A DNA stretch of 40,000 nucleotides from sequence record MK994515.1; one strand, 5' to 3'. Below, piece after piece: positions 1 through 9,436 of the stretch (position 1 is the stretch's first letter; each line of letters starts with the position of its first letter). The position numbers and the translations under genes were made by a program. The notes under the pieces were generated by a model, which saw only the letters and a program-made list of their open reading frames with translations, did not search any database and had not been told where the DNA came from. This DNA comes from Serratia phage Moabite.

Positions 1-20
1 ACCGTTTATGGAGCAATAAG

Positions 21-2135
21 ATGATACTGCACAAAAAAGATTGGGATAAGTTCCCCAGCGCAATTCCGCATATTACGACAAAAAATAAATCGTTCAAACG
101 ATTCGTCGGTGTGCTGCAGAAAATGGGGATCGAGAACTGTTGGTGGCCTTTGGCACTGCTCAACCCGGAGTTGGCTAATGTCGACCCATTCGACCCTAAC
201 CTGACTGACTCGCAGAAAGCAGCAGTCAAACTGGAAGCTGAATACAACATCTGGTATTACCTGAGGGAATGCGTTCTCGTACCTAACCCTGCAGGTGATG
301 GTGGCGATATGTTCCGTGCTAACCGTGCGAACATGTCCTTGATCTGGTCTTACATGAATCACGTAGCATATCTTCTGATTCAGCCTCGTCAGACTGGTAA
401 ATCGATTTCCTCTTATGTACTGTACAGCTGGTTACTTTACATCAAGTATCGTAAGACCCGTATCTCCCTGGTAACTAAGTCGGATGAACTGCGTGCTGAA
501 ACCACAACTAAGGTTAGACAGATTCGCGAGCTTCTTCCTCCGTACATGACCATTACGGATAAGACCGATACCATCGCAGGTGACAAGGCGACTTACAACG
601 TTCGTCAAAACTTACTGGCTGTTGCGGTATCGCGTTCTGACCCAGCGGGTGCTAACAAAGTTGGTCGTGGTAACACCTCCCCTACCGTAGGTTGGGATGA
701 GGCCCCCTTCATTACCCACATCAAGATTGCTTACACCGCAGCAATGCCAGGTATGAACGCCGCGATCAAAGCAGCGCGTGACCGTGGTATGCCATACGGT
801 ACCATCATGACAACTACTGCCGGTGAGCAAACAGACCGTGACGGTGAGTTCATCCACAAAATGTGGACTGAAGCAGCTCCATGGACTGAACACTTCCTGG
901 ACGCAGGGGATCAGGATAAACTGGAAGGGATGGTTAAGTTATCCTGTAAAGGCCGTCAGGTTCTGATCAACGGTACGTGGTCACATACTCAGGTTGGTGT
1001 TAGTGACCGTGAGCACTACGATAACATGGCACGTGCGCAGGCTGATGGCCCAGAGGCAGACCGTGACTTCTTTAACATCTGGACTTCCGGTGGTGCTAAT
1101 AACCCATTGGATAAAGGTACTCTGGCTCAGATCGTTGCAAGTCAGCGTTACTCGGATTACTCTGAAGTATTCGCTGGCGGCTACGTTATCCACTGGTATT
1201 TGAGTAAAGAAGAGCTAGAGGAACGTAGACCTAACCTTCAGATGATTGTGGGCGCCGATACCTCCGAAGGCGGCGGTAACGATGCCTTGACGCTCATCTT
1301 CACTGACCCGTATGATTTGTCGGTGCTAGGTACTTCGGTCATTAACGAGGCGCTTATTCCTAAGTACGCTGAGTTCCTCCATCAGATGTTAGTTCGTTAT
1401 CCTAAGTCAGTCTTTATCCCTGAACGTAAGTCAACCGGTCAAACCTTTATCGACTACTTGTGTATCATGTTGCACAAAGACGGTATCGATCCATTCACTC
1501 GTATTTACAACACTATCGTAAACGAGTCGGACAGTGACCGTGTTGCATTCCAGGAAATCAAAGGGTCGATGGATCATCGCGATGACTCGTTCTACATTCG
1601 TCGTAAAACGAAGTTTGGTTTCTGTACCGGTACCACAACTCGCCGTACTCTCTACAGCGAGATTCTTCAGATTGCTGGTAAGAAAGGCGCGAGTCGTGTG
1701 CACGATAAAGTACTGATCTCCGAACTGACTGGACTGGTGTCCAAGAACGGTCGTGTCGACCACGCTTCGGGTAAACACGATGATACCGTCATCGCATGGT
1801 TACTGAGCGTCTGGTTGCTCGTATACGGTCGTAACCTCGACTACTACGGCATTGATGCTCGTCGTGTAATGACACGTGCTCTGGAAAGCTCTGGGATGTC
1901 TAAGGAAGAAGAACAACGCCACATGGACATCGAAGCGTTGCAACGTCAGATTGAAAGTACCCTTGAGCAACTCAAGAGTGCAGATAGTCCAGCGTTGGCT
2001 ATTCGCTACGAGAAACGAATCACTCACCTCAGCGAGATGTTAAGTGAGATGGGTATCGATTCTGTAAACATCTCAGGTAAGATCGAAGAGATCAATGACG
2101 AGCGGAGACGTAAGGTTTACAACAACTATTACTAA
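21..2135 (+). CDS. terL: Terminase large subunit (TerL), phiKZ-like
   Basis: 704-aa ORF; Walker A-like QPRQTGKS followed by a helicase-like ATPase region and a C-terminal nuclease-like domain with acidic residues (IVGADTSEGGGNDAL, KHDDTVIAWLL). Confidence 0.9.
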   Translation: MILHKKDWDKFPSAIPHITTKNKSFKRFVGVLQKMGIENCWWPLALLNPELANVDPFDPNLTDSQKAAVKLEAEYNIWYYLRECVLVPNPAGDGGDMFRANRANMSLIWSYMNHVAYLLIQPRQTGKSISSYVLYSWLLYIKYRKTRISLVTKSDELRAETTTKVRQIRELLPPYMTITDKTDTIAGDKATYNVRQNLLAVAVSRSDPAGANKVGRGNTSPTVGWDEAPFITHIKIAYTAAMPGMNAAIKAARDRGMPYGTIMTTTAGEQTDRDGEFIHKMWTEAAPWTEHFLDAGDQDKLEGMVKLSCKGRQVLINGTWSHTQVGVSDREHYDNMARAQADGPEADRDFFNIWTSGGANNPLDKGTLAQIVASQRYSDYSEVFAGGYVIHWYLSKEELEERRPNLQMIVGADTSEGGGNDALTLIFTDPYDLSVLGTSVINEALIPKYAEFLHQMLVRYPKSVFIPERKSTGQTFIDYLCIMLHKDGIDPFTRIYNTIVNESDSDRVAFQEIKGSMDHRDDSFYIRRKTKFGFCTGTTTRRTLYSEILQIAGKKGASRVHDKVLISELTGLVSKNGRVDHASGKHDDTVIAWLLSVWLLVYGRNLDYYGIDARRVMTRALESSGMSKEEEQRHMDIEALQRQIESTLEQLKSADSPALAIRYEKRITHLSEMLSEMGIDSVNISGKIEEINDERRRKVYNNYY

Positions 2136-2153
2136 TCCACTTGGATTGAGATC

Positions 2154-2172
2154 TATATTACTTTAATGATAG
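2154..2172 (+). promoter_or_regulatory. Candidate early (virion RNAP) promoter element TATATTACTTTAATGATAG
   Basis: Intergenic; exact TATATTAC core and downstream AATGATAG shared with sites near 17599, 34050 and 39239. Confidence 0.65.
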
Positions 2173-2247
2173 CTGAGTAGTGGCTTCGGTCACTACTCCT
2201 ATTTTACATCCATCCTGAAATAACTATGACCAACTGAGGAGAACATT

Positions 2248-3240
2248 ATGTCTGTTATGAACTTTGAGAAATTTGTTACCCGTGAAAAGAATCGTTATTC
2301 TGTTTACAAGCTTCATGAAATGTACGTCATGAAAGATAACGATGAAATTATCTCGGTGCTACGTAAAGATCGCCCTCTGGATTCAGAAACAGAGATCGTC
2401 GTTATTACTGAGCGCGGTGAGTCGGGTATCTGGTATCTGGGCTTGCAGTCCGGCAACATGAATAACCGTAAGGAGATTAAACGTCTCCTGAAAAGAAATG
2501 CACCTAAGGGCGTTAAGTTTGAGTTCTTCGAAAAGATCCGCTTCAAAATCGACGGCAATCAACGCTTCCTGACATCTGCGGGCAATCGTATCGCAGAAGG
2601 GGCAATGAACGAAGACTTCAACAACTGGCGTGGGCCGTTCAGTGGTCGTCAGTGGAAAGAAGATCTGGGTGGTAAATTCAAAGACTACCTGAAAGAACAG
2701 TTCGACTTGCAATGGGCTCACAAAGCCATTTGTCAGCGTCGCGGTGAATATCAATATCTACCCGACGTTGCTCTGTTCTTCGATACCACTAAAGATCTGG
2801 TACTGAAGTTGATTAAGCGTCCTAATGACAAGGATAGCTGCGAAGGCTTCTACGTCGGTACGCTCTATGGTAAACCATTCGGTTACCACATAGACGGTAA
2901 CCAACCCAAGATCACTCAGATCGACGATTACGTCCGTCGGTCGGTTGCTGACATCACGCAGACTCCAATCGAATCTGTCGAACTCGAAGGCGAACGCTTC
3001 GCTACGGATGTTAACTACGATCGCGTTGCTGACCGCTGGATCCTCAACTCTACGATCGGCGAGATTGGTCACTTGGTCAAAGGGGTTCGTCCTGATAACA
3101 CTTGTGATATTCGCAAGCACGTTAAATGGACATACCGCGTTAACGGATTTGCTCTCAACGAAATTCCATTGTTGGAACCGTTGTTGGTAGAAAGTTTCCT
3201 TCGTGGTTACCATCGCCTTATTCAGCACACCACCGTCTAA
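2248..3240 (+). CDS. Hypothetical protein, 330 aa
   Basis: Long ORF with GAGGAG Shine-Dalgarno, followed by a terminator. Confidence 0.85.
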   Translation: MSVMNFEKFVTREKNRYSVYKLHEMYVMKDNDEIISVLRKDRPLDSETEIVVITERGESGIWYLGLQSGNMNNRKEIKRLLKRNAPKGVKFEFFEKIRFKIDGNQRFLTSAGNRIAEGAMNEDFNNWRGPFSGRQWKEDLGGKFKDYLKEQFDLQWAHKAICQRRGEYQYLPDVALFFDTTKDLVLKLIKRPNDKDSCEGFYVGTLYGKPFGYHIDGNQPKITQIDDYVRRSVADITQTPIESVELEGERFATDVNYDRVADRWILNSTIGEIGHLVKGVRPDNTCDIRKHVKWTYRVNGFALNEIPLLEPLLVESFLRGYHRLIQHTTV

Positions 3241-3248
3241 GTGGCATA

Positions 3249-3280
3249 AAAGAAAGGGCATTGCGCCCTTTCTTTTTTTT
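3249..3280 (+). terminator. Rho-independent terminator, possibly bidirectional
   Basis: AAAGAAAGGGC/GCCCTTTCTTT 11-bp stem with U-tract between convergent genes. Confidence 0.9.
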
Positions 3281-3287
3281 GTGTTTT

Positions 3288-4541
3288 TTAAGAGGGACGA
3301 ACACCAGTACGAGAATGAGAACTACCGCCAGCTTGATAATACTTCATCGTAACAGTACGCAGAACGATGTAGAGAATAACACCGGTACGTTCTGAACTTA
3401 CTGGGGTAGGCGGATTACGGCCCGTGGCTTTACGAACGAGATCGTCGCCGTTGGTACGCAGGAACATGACATCCGGCTCTTTGTTACGCGAGGCGTTGAT
3501 AACACCTTTCAACCCAGAGATTAACTCTGCCAGGTTTTGAGGGTTAATGCCGCGAGCATGGATAAAGTCGAAAGTATATTCCAACGTTCTCTCAACAAAA
3601 CTTTTCACCTTCTTGCCTTGTGGCTTAGAGTACATCGTAGAGATGAACGTAAGCGTCTCTGTTAAGAGTTTAGGCTGAAGGCTAGGGTTTGTCTTACTAA
3701 TCAGATCAACAAGTTCTGGTTTGATGAAGGAGCTTGTATCAGTGATAGTTTCGTTGAGGTAACGACGGTACATCGGGAACAGACGTTTAACATCGCGTAC
3801 TTCTAACGAGCCATCTACTTCAACCATAGTCGATGTAGCAATTACACGGTCGCCTGCTTCTTTGACTTGATAGTACAGCGCAGTCAGCGTCTTGATCACT
3901 ACGCGGATACGGGTCTGTATATCTGACAGGATGTATTTCACATCGTCGTCGTCATTGAAGCGAATAAAGGATTCGTAGTGAATCCCGTTAGTAGCGATGA
4001 TTGACTTGGCACGTTCCTCGATTAACTTAGCCCAGGTCTTGTATTGCTTAAGGTCGTACTTGTAGGACATTGCCTCGTAAGTACGCAGGGCGATCTGGGG
4101 ATCGGTACCGTACGGGAAGTACTGCGTTAAAATACCACAGATGAACTTAAAGTGCAGGACACGAATAATGTCGATTGCACAGTTCGTCTTTTGAGTCGGG
4201 TTCAACTTATCGCTAGTCAATACCCGGTGAACGAAGTAAATCGTTGTCAGGTTGAAAGCGTCAGTTGTAACGATGTGGTTAGGATCGATGTTGTCCAGGT
4301 TATCGATGTTGATCTTTAACGAGTCCATATCGGTCACTGCGATATTGTCGAACCATTCTTTCAGTTCGGTCATCGTCCAACGAACCTTGTGCGCTGCCAA
4401 TAGCCCTGAACCAAAGAAGGCTGAGTGCTCGCCTTTGTTCATGAATACACGGACAAAGGTATTTATTTTTTTGGCTAAGCTAGGGTCAAAGGAGATGTGC
4501 GAATAGGTGCTGTCGAAAAGCTGTTTGATTTCCACGGACAA
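3288..4541 (-). CDS. Hypothetical protein, 417 aa (possible virion protein)
   Basis: Long minus-strand ORF with no competing plus-strand ORF; isolated late-type position. Confidence 0.8.
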   Translation of the reverse strand: MSVEIKQLFDSTYSHISFDPSLAKKINTFVRVFMNKGEHSAFFGSGLLAAHKVRWTMTELKEWFDNIAVTDMDSLKINIDNLDNIDPNHIVTTDAFNLTTIYFVHRVLTSDKLNPTQKTNCAIDIIRVLHFKFICGILTQYFPYGTDPQIALRTYEAMSYKYDLKQYKTWAKLIEERAKSIIATNGIHYESFIRFNDDDDVKYILSDIQTRIRVVIKTLTALYYQVKEAGDRVIATSTMVEVDGSLEVRDVKRLFPMYRRYLNETITDTSSFIKPELVDLISKTNPSLQPKLLTETLTFISTMYSKPQGKKVKSFVERTLEYTFDFIHARGINPQNLAELISGLKGVINASRNKEPDVMFLRTNGDDLVRKATGRNPPTPVSSERTGVILYIVLRTVTMKYYQAGGSSHSRTGVRPS

Positions 4542-4602
4542 GGTCCTTTGGTCAGTTATTCAAAAAGTTACATACCAACCGATTTCAAACAATTTTCAAG
4601 TC

Positions 4603-4610
4603 TATATAAC
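4603..4610 (+). promoter_or_regulatory. Candidate early promoter variant TATATAAC
   Basis: TTTTCA-AGTC-TATATAAC; same TTTCA-N4-TATAT spacing as the other members. Confidence 0.45.
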
Positions 4611-4639
4611 CGTGGCGCAAGGGTAGAAGTAATACCTTT

Positions 4640-4880
4640 TGTAAATAAAACATAATAGGACTTACCCCGGTTTTACCCGAGGTAAGCCTCTGTCATCAAT
4701 CAACCTTAATAAGGGAACTACTTGTAACAATGAATCAACCTAAGTTAACTCTCAGCAAAAAGGAAGTAGTTAAAGCTACTCTGTTTTGACCTTAAGGTAA
4801 TCTCTACTTAAGGTCGGAAGGCACCGCCATAAGGCCGTGTCCTACAGAGACCCCGGATGTTCTGGGGTGAGAGTGTAACG
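4640..4880 (+). ncRNA. Candidate structured leader or ncRNA (hairpin array)
   Basis: Successive hairpins: CTTACC..GGTAAG, AGTAG-TTAAAG-CTACT, GACCTTAAG-N10-CTTAAGGTC, GGCACcGCC-ATAA-GGCcGTGTC, ACCCCgGA-TGT-TCtGGGGT. Confidence 0.45.
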
Positions 4881-5099
4881 ATGAGTAAACGAACCGTAGT
4901 ACCCACTAGTAAATACAACCCAGTTACGGGTCTGTCACCTATAGTTAACGGGATCAAAAAGATCTTCGTTAAACGCATAAGGCGTTTCAGGATATCAAGA
5001 TCGACCAAGTTAAGGAATAGACAACGGTCCCTGAAAATTTACGAGTCATTGAATGACCTAGATCGAGGTAAAGGTGCTGCAGCCCCCTGCTTTACTTAA
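4881..5099 (+). CDS. Small basic protein, 72 aa (ATG at 4881)
   Basis: In-frame ATG after GGGGTGAGAG; basic protein MSKRTVVPTSKYNPVTGL...; begins directly after the hairpin array. Confidence 0.5.
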   Translation: MSKRTVVPTSKYNPVTGLSPIVNGIKKIFVKRIRRFRISRSTKLRNRQRSLKIYESLNDLDRGKGAAAPCFT

Positions 5100-5134
5100 C
5101 CAGATCTATTGGCGGGAGGACTGATAAGGAAGTA

Positions 5135-5407
5135 ATGTTAATCCTAGGTAGCGCCGTAGGTGAGGTTACAAAAGCGCCTAGTTGGGCTTCGGTAATATTC
5201 TCGCCAGTGGCGCTATTCTTCGGAATACCAAAACTATTAATCAGTCTTACTTTATTAACGGTCAGCGCGATTATGCGCTATTTCCTCATCGGAAGGTGTC
5301 GCCGGCAATTAAGCGACTTCCGTAAATCCGAAAGACATAAAGCAGAAGTTAATGGGATCGTTACTACAATAACGATGGTCTTAGACTCCATGCGTCAAAC
5401 GGATTAA
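5135..5407 (+). CDS. Small membrane protein, 90 aa
   Basis: AAGGAAG Shine-Dalgarno; hydrophobic N-terminal half. Confidence 0.55.
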   Translation: MLILGSAVGEVTKAPSWASVIFSPVALFFGIPKLLISLTLLTVSAIMRYFLIGRCRRQLSDFRKSERHKAEVNGIVTTITMVLDSMRQTD

Positions 5408-5465
5408 ACTGTCGGTCAATTCTAAAACGGATTGCTCCCCGACCCATAATTCAAGGAGGTGAAAG

Positions 5466-5546
5466 GTGCCCGTGTTACCAGCACGGGCATCGCCCAAACA
5501 CGTTTACAACCTGTTTCATAAAATGAAACTATACGTACTTTTTTAA
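5466..5546 (+). CDS. Candidate 26-aa small ORF MPVLPARASPKHVYNLFHKMKLYVLF
   Basis: AAGGAGGTGA Shine-Dalgarno 6 nt before GTG; start lies in a GGTGCCCGTG/CACGGGCATC stem. Confidence 0.35.
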   Translation: MPVLPARASPKHVYNLFHKMKLYVLF

Positions 5547-5562
5547 ACTGAGGATTTCGATT

Positions 5563-5895
5563 GTGGCTATCAATACTATCTTGGATGCAAAGGTTCGTCT
5601 CGAAGAACTTCGTAAAGTGGTAGGTTCCGTTTCTCTCAATAACGACGAATCGCGTAAACACGCTTTTTTAACGGTGCGTACAATTACAGTGGGTATTGCT
5701 GATGTCATCATGCATGACTTCGGTAACGATTACGCACGGCTCTTACTCAGCGCCGATCATTATCATCTTTATAGCTGGGCAACTGCTACAGCGTTCTACT
5801 GCAGTAAGATGTTAACAGAAGATAACTCTTCTAAGTTAATTCGTGCAATCCATTTCCTCGACGATCAGATTGAAGATCAGCTCGAAAAACTGTAA
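5563..5895 (+). CDS. Hypothetical protein, 110 aa (GTG start)
   Basis: ORF with GAGG upstream. Confidence 0.75.
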   Translation: MAINTILDAKVRLEELRKVVGSVSLNNDESRKHAFLTVRTITVGIADVIMHDFGNDYARLLLSADHYHLYSWATATAFYCSKMLTEDNSSKLIRAIHFLDDQIEDQLEKL

Positions 5896-5935
5896 TTCCA
5901 TTTAATCCATTTTCACTAATAAAGAGGTATTTATC

Positions 5936-6370
5936 ATGGCTATTAACTTCACTGAAAAACAAACTCGTTCTATCACTGCTGCACGTATCGCTGGTCTGGT
6001 TCAGGCATTGGCTCATGAAGTCGCAATGTTCGGTCGTGATCCACAAACTCTGCTGGAAACTGAATACCTGCCACTGTACTCTCAACTGCAGGATCTGGGC
6101 TTCAATACCAAAGGCGACATCAAATGGATGCTGCTGCAGGATCTGGAGCGCAACCATGGTATCGCGTTCCACAAAACCGATCTGGGTTTCGGCTTCCAGT
6201 TCAAAGGCCTGACTCTGGAAGTAGCTTCTAAAATCGAAGCGCAAAACTCAACTGGCGGTAAGGACTTTCCTTCCGTCATCCGTAACCGCGAAGCCAAATA
6301 CAAAGGCTACGAAGTCGTTTACGCTGTTGCAACTAAAACTGGTAGCGACCACGCGATCGTACGCGCTTAA
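5936..6370 (+). CDS. Hypothetical protein, 144 aa
   Basis: ORF with upstream AAAGAGG. Confidence 0.8.
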   Translation: MAINFTEKQTRSITAARIAGLVQALAHEVAMFGRDPQTLLETEYLPLYSQLQDLGFNTKGDIKWMLLQDLERNHGIAFHKTDLGFGFQFKGLTLEVASKIEAQNSTGGKDFPSVIRNREAKYKGYEVVYAVATKTGSDHAIVRA

Positions 6371-6405
6371 AATCATCGCTGTTTTTCGATAAGTAAGGAA
6401 ACAAA

Positions 6406-7170
6406 ATGACCATTAACAAATTCCCTCATGAAGTCTCTGAGAAATTGGGCTGGTACGTTTATACTCTCACTAATCCTCTGAATAATGACGAGGTGTTCTA
6501 CGTTGGTAAGGGTTGTGGTAATCGCATCTTCGCTCATGTTAATGATCAACTCAAAACCAAGGATGCGAGTAACCTTTCACTTAAACTGGGAACGATTAAA
6601 GAGATTCATGAATCCGGTCTGGAAGTAGGTCACAACATCGTGGCCTACAACTTAAGGGATGAGACAGAAGCCTTTGCCGTAGAATCTGCTTTGATTAACG
6701 TCTACCCTAACTTGACAAATGAAGTCAAAGGACACGGTAATAAATTCGGCGTACTTACTGTCGAAGAAGCCATTGTCCAATACGGGGCTGAGGAAGCTGT
6801 TCTGGAAGATGACGTCTTGATCATTAAGATCAATGACAGTTACGATAAGATGAGTACTTACGACGCAGTACGTTTCTCCTGGCCGGTAGTCGTTAGTCGC
6901 GCTAGTAGAGCTAAAGCTGTGCTGGCCGTTGCTAACGGTATCGTTCGCGGCGTTTTTGAAGTAGACAGTTGGAAACCTGCTACTCCAGAAAACTTCCCTG
7001 AGATGTATCGTTTAAGAACCATCGAAGATGTTGCTAAAGAAAGCAAAAGAAAAGCTTTCTCAGGAAGGGTGGCTTCAGAGCCACTCTATTCCCGTTACAT
7101 TAACAAAAAGCTCCCTGCTGAATATTCCTTAAAAGGTTCTCAGCAATCAATCCGTTACAATTTCAAATAA
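6406..7170 (+). CDS. GIY-YIG (LEM-3-like) domain protein
   Basis: N-terminus GWYVYTLTNPLNNDEVFYVGKGCGNRIFAHV matches the YVY..P...FYVGKG.G.R...H pattern; AAGGAAA Shine-Dalgarno. Confidence 0.75.
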   Translation: MTINKFPHEVSEKLGWYVYTLTNPLNNDEVFYVGKGCGNRIFAHVNDQLKTKDASNLSLKLGTIKEIHESGLEVGHNIVAYNLRDETEAFAVESALINVYPNLTNEVKGHGNKFGVLTVEEAIVQYGAEEAVLEDDVLIIKINDSYDKMSTYDAVRFSWPVVVSRASRAKAVLAVANGIVRGVFEVDSWKPATPENFPEMYRLRTIEDVAKESKRKAFSGRVASEPLYSRYINKKLPAEYSLKGSQQSIRYNFK

Positions 7171-7180
7171 GGAAACCATC

Positions 7181-7531
7181 ATGCATAGCGTAAACGCCAT
7201 TATCCGTACTATCGAAACTAACCCAGAGTTTGACAAAATCGCTGCCCCGTTCAACCGTACTTTGGTTCTGGCTCGTAAAGGCAAAGTCAAAAAGATGATC
7301 AAAATGATCGAGTCTTTGGCTAACGAGCCTACTGAGCTGTACGTCATCAGAATAGAAACTGGCGATAGCTGGTTCAAAACTCCGGTCGGTGGCGATCACT
7401 GGATCCTTAGCCGGACTGAAATCTCTCGTCTGCGTGCCGCACTTTATCGTGCGATCGAAAAGGATAGCTATCCTGTCAAGCTGAGCCGTACCATCGTTCA
7501 GTATCAGCCGATCGTAAACTTCGTAAAATAA
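7181..7531 (+). CDS. Hypothetical protein, 116 aa
   Basis: ORF with AAGGAAA Shine-Dalgarno. Confidence 0.8.
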   Translation: MHSVNAIIRTIETNPEFDKIAAPFNRTLVLARKGKVKKMIKMIESLANEPTELYVIRIETGDSWFKTPVGGDHWILSRTEISRLRAALYRAIEKDSYPVKLSRTIVQYQPIVNFVK

Positions 7532-7552
7532 TTAACCTCGAGGCCAGAACAA

Positions 7553-7930
7553 ATGAGCACCATGGAAATTCTGTTATCCCACGTCGAATCTAAAGTTTGG
7601 CACAAGACTATCGATATTAGCTATCGTGAAATGAAACGCGCTGTATCGGCTTTAGAAGAGTTGTTGGATGAACCTGTACAGTTTGTCAACTTTGAAGATG
7701 GCGCGATGCGTGATCGGATTAGCGACTCTGTGAATGAGGTTTTGGAGTTGTCCACCGCTAAGTTCTGGTCTGGTTGGAAATTCATCTACAAAACCGAAAT
7801 CGTTTATACACTCAGTCGACTGGATGCAATCCGTTTAGTCGGTGAACTGAAGCGTCGTCTGGAAACCGGTAATACTTCGCCTGTAAGCTTCACTATCGAA
7901 CGCATTCGCAGACTGCCTATCATTCGTTAA
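7553..7930 (+). CDS. Hypothetical protein, 125 aa
   Basis: ORF with GAGG Shine-Dalgarno. Confidence 0.75.
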   Translation: MSTMEILLSHVESKVWHKTIDISYREMKRAVSALEELLDEPVQFVNFEDGAMRDRISDSVNEVLELSTAKFWSGWKFIYKTEIVYTLSRLDAIRLVGELKRRLETGNTSPVSFTIERIRRLPIIR

Positions 7931-7995
7931 TAAAACTATAGGAGAGGGCTACGGCTCTCTCCGCTTATTTTCTCTATTTTAAAAAGGATACTATC

Positions 7996-8316
7996 ATGGA
8001 ACAGTGCATCTTCGATTCAGTTTTGGTTGCAGACTACAAAAAGACTATCATCCGTACTTTAGATCGTAAAACTGTAGTTATTCCGCTTGACCAAATTCAA
8101 AAGGTCGCTTCTTTCGTTTCGATCACTAAAGATGAAGCTACTGGCTTTGTTCGTTTCTCTTTCTTTGGTGAGCGTAAAGATCTTTTTGTTCAAGTGGACT
8201 TCGGTAAGATGGACGAAGACACTCTGCAATACCCTGGACTGATCCGTGAAGGTATTCAAACTGTTCTGGATCGTATCATCGGCTGCTACAACGTCGACGC
8301 TATTGTTAATAAGTAA
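7996..8316 (+). CDS. Hypothetical protein, 106 aa
   Basis: ORF with AAAAGGA Shine-Dalgarno. Confidence 0.75.
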   Translation: MEQCIFDSVLVADYKKTIIRTLDRKTVVIPLDQIQKVASFVSITKDEATGFVRFSFFGERKDLFVQVDFGKMDEDTLQYPGLIREGIQTVLDRIIGCYNVDAIVNK

Positions 8317-8326
8317 GGAGTCAGTA

Positions 8327-8737
8327 ATGAGTAAGAACGAAGAACATCACAATGCGGAAGCGCGCTTAACTGTACAATCTTTCTTCGAGGCCTTGGGTCT
8401 GCGTACTCAACCTAAGTTGCCGGAAGGGATTATTGGTTACAACGGCCAAGTAAACATTTCGTTGCTCCGTGGGATTATTAACGCGCATCCTCTGCGTCAG
8501 TTGATCCAGGTTTCTAAAGCCAAGTCTGACTTCACTAGTTTGCCTATGGCCGTGCAGGATATCGTCAAGGCACTGTCTCGTTATGAAGATAGCGAGTGGG
8601 TACTCACTAAGTTTGGCGTATTCAAGTTTAAGCTGAAGAAGCCTAAGGAAGAAATTCAAACCGTGATTGAAAAATACCGGAATGAGATTCCTAACCACGT
8701 TTACGACAAACTGAAAAACGCATTGAAGTCGTGGTAG
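8327..8737 (+). CDS. Hypothetical protein, 136 aa (internal ATG at 8327 preferred)
   Basis: AAGGAG Shine-Dalgarno upstream of the ATG at 8327; the upstream extension overlaps the previous gene. Confidence 0.75.
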   Translation: MSKNEEHHNAEARLTVQSFFEALGLRTQPKLPEGIIGYNGQVNISLLRGIINAHPLRQLIQVSKAKSDFTSLPMAVQDIVKALSRYEDSEWVLTKFGVFKFKLKKPKEEIQTVIEKYRNEIPNHVYDKLKNALKSW

Positions 8738-8767
8738 ACCACTCTCTTTAATTCATTTTTTACGTCG

Positions 8768-8950
8768 TGTCTTATAGTGTGCTAAAAGCACACAAGACAT
8801 CTCGCAAGAGGGGTCACGGCGGAGCCTGTGACTATTAGGGGTTAGAATGACTGAGGAATGTAATGACGAAAGGAATTCCCTAAGAGTACAGCTAGTCAAA
8901 TACCCTAGATGAATTAGTGTGATTATAACTCAATAATCCACGTCTAAGAG
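8768..8950 (+). ncRNA. Candidate structured intergenic RNA
   Basis: TGTCTT-ATA-GTGTGC-TAAAA-GCACAC-AAGACA hairpin (8768-8799) followed by GTCACGGC-GGA-GCCtGTGAC. Confidence 0.35.
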
Positions 8951-9310
8951 ATGGAAAATACGATGAGAAGAAACCAAGCAGTAATCGATAAATCAATCGA
9001 AGAACTGAACGATCTATGCATTGGTGGTCCAGAGACTAAAGAGAAAACTCTGGCAATCAGCTCTGCTATGATGCAGATCTTTACCAACGGCTTAGGCTTG
9101 ATGGTAAGTGCCTCTGAGGAAGGGAAGTATCCTCTGGGCAAATACGATTCATTCGCTGAAGTAAGTTTAGCGTCTAGTCGTATCTACGGTCAGATCGTAG
9201 TCTTCCGTGTACGCATCGGTTGGCAGGACACGACGTTCACTCGCTTCGTGTTCCTGGATGAAGCAGGTGCTCCAGCCGCAGCCGTTGATGATATCGGTAC
9301 TCCGTACTAA
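8951..9310 (+). CDS. Hypothetical protein, 119 aa (start may be 8963)
   Basis: Open ORF with coding-like composition. Confidence 0.65.
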   Translation: MENTMRRNQAVIDKSIEELNDLCIGGPETKEKTLAISSAMMQIFTNGLGLMVSASEEGKYPLGKYDSFAEVSLASSRIYGQIVVFRVRIGWQDTTFTRFVFLDEAGAPAAAVDDIGTPY

Positions 9311-9436
9311 GTAAAATGATCCAGCTCATTCCTCTAACCGGGAGTGGGTTGGGTTATTCCTTTTATTTTTTGACGCTATGTATCCATGGTATAGCGATTA
9401 TGCTAGTTTAACTATTGAAAACAAGGGAAGAGAAAC

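Noticed and set aside
5422-5711. ORFs 5422..5661 (-) and 5529..5711 (+)
   Set aside because: Overlap the hairpin and the better supported gene at 5563; no Shine-Dalgarno.
6406-7170. Group I intron or homing insertion associated with the GIY-YIG gene
   Set aside because: No split gene or intron-like catalytic core sequence seen next to it.
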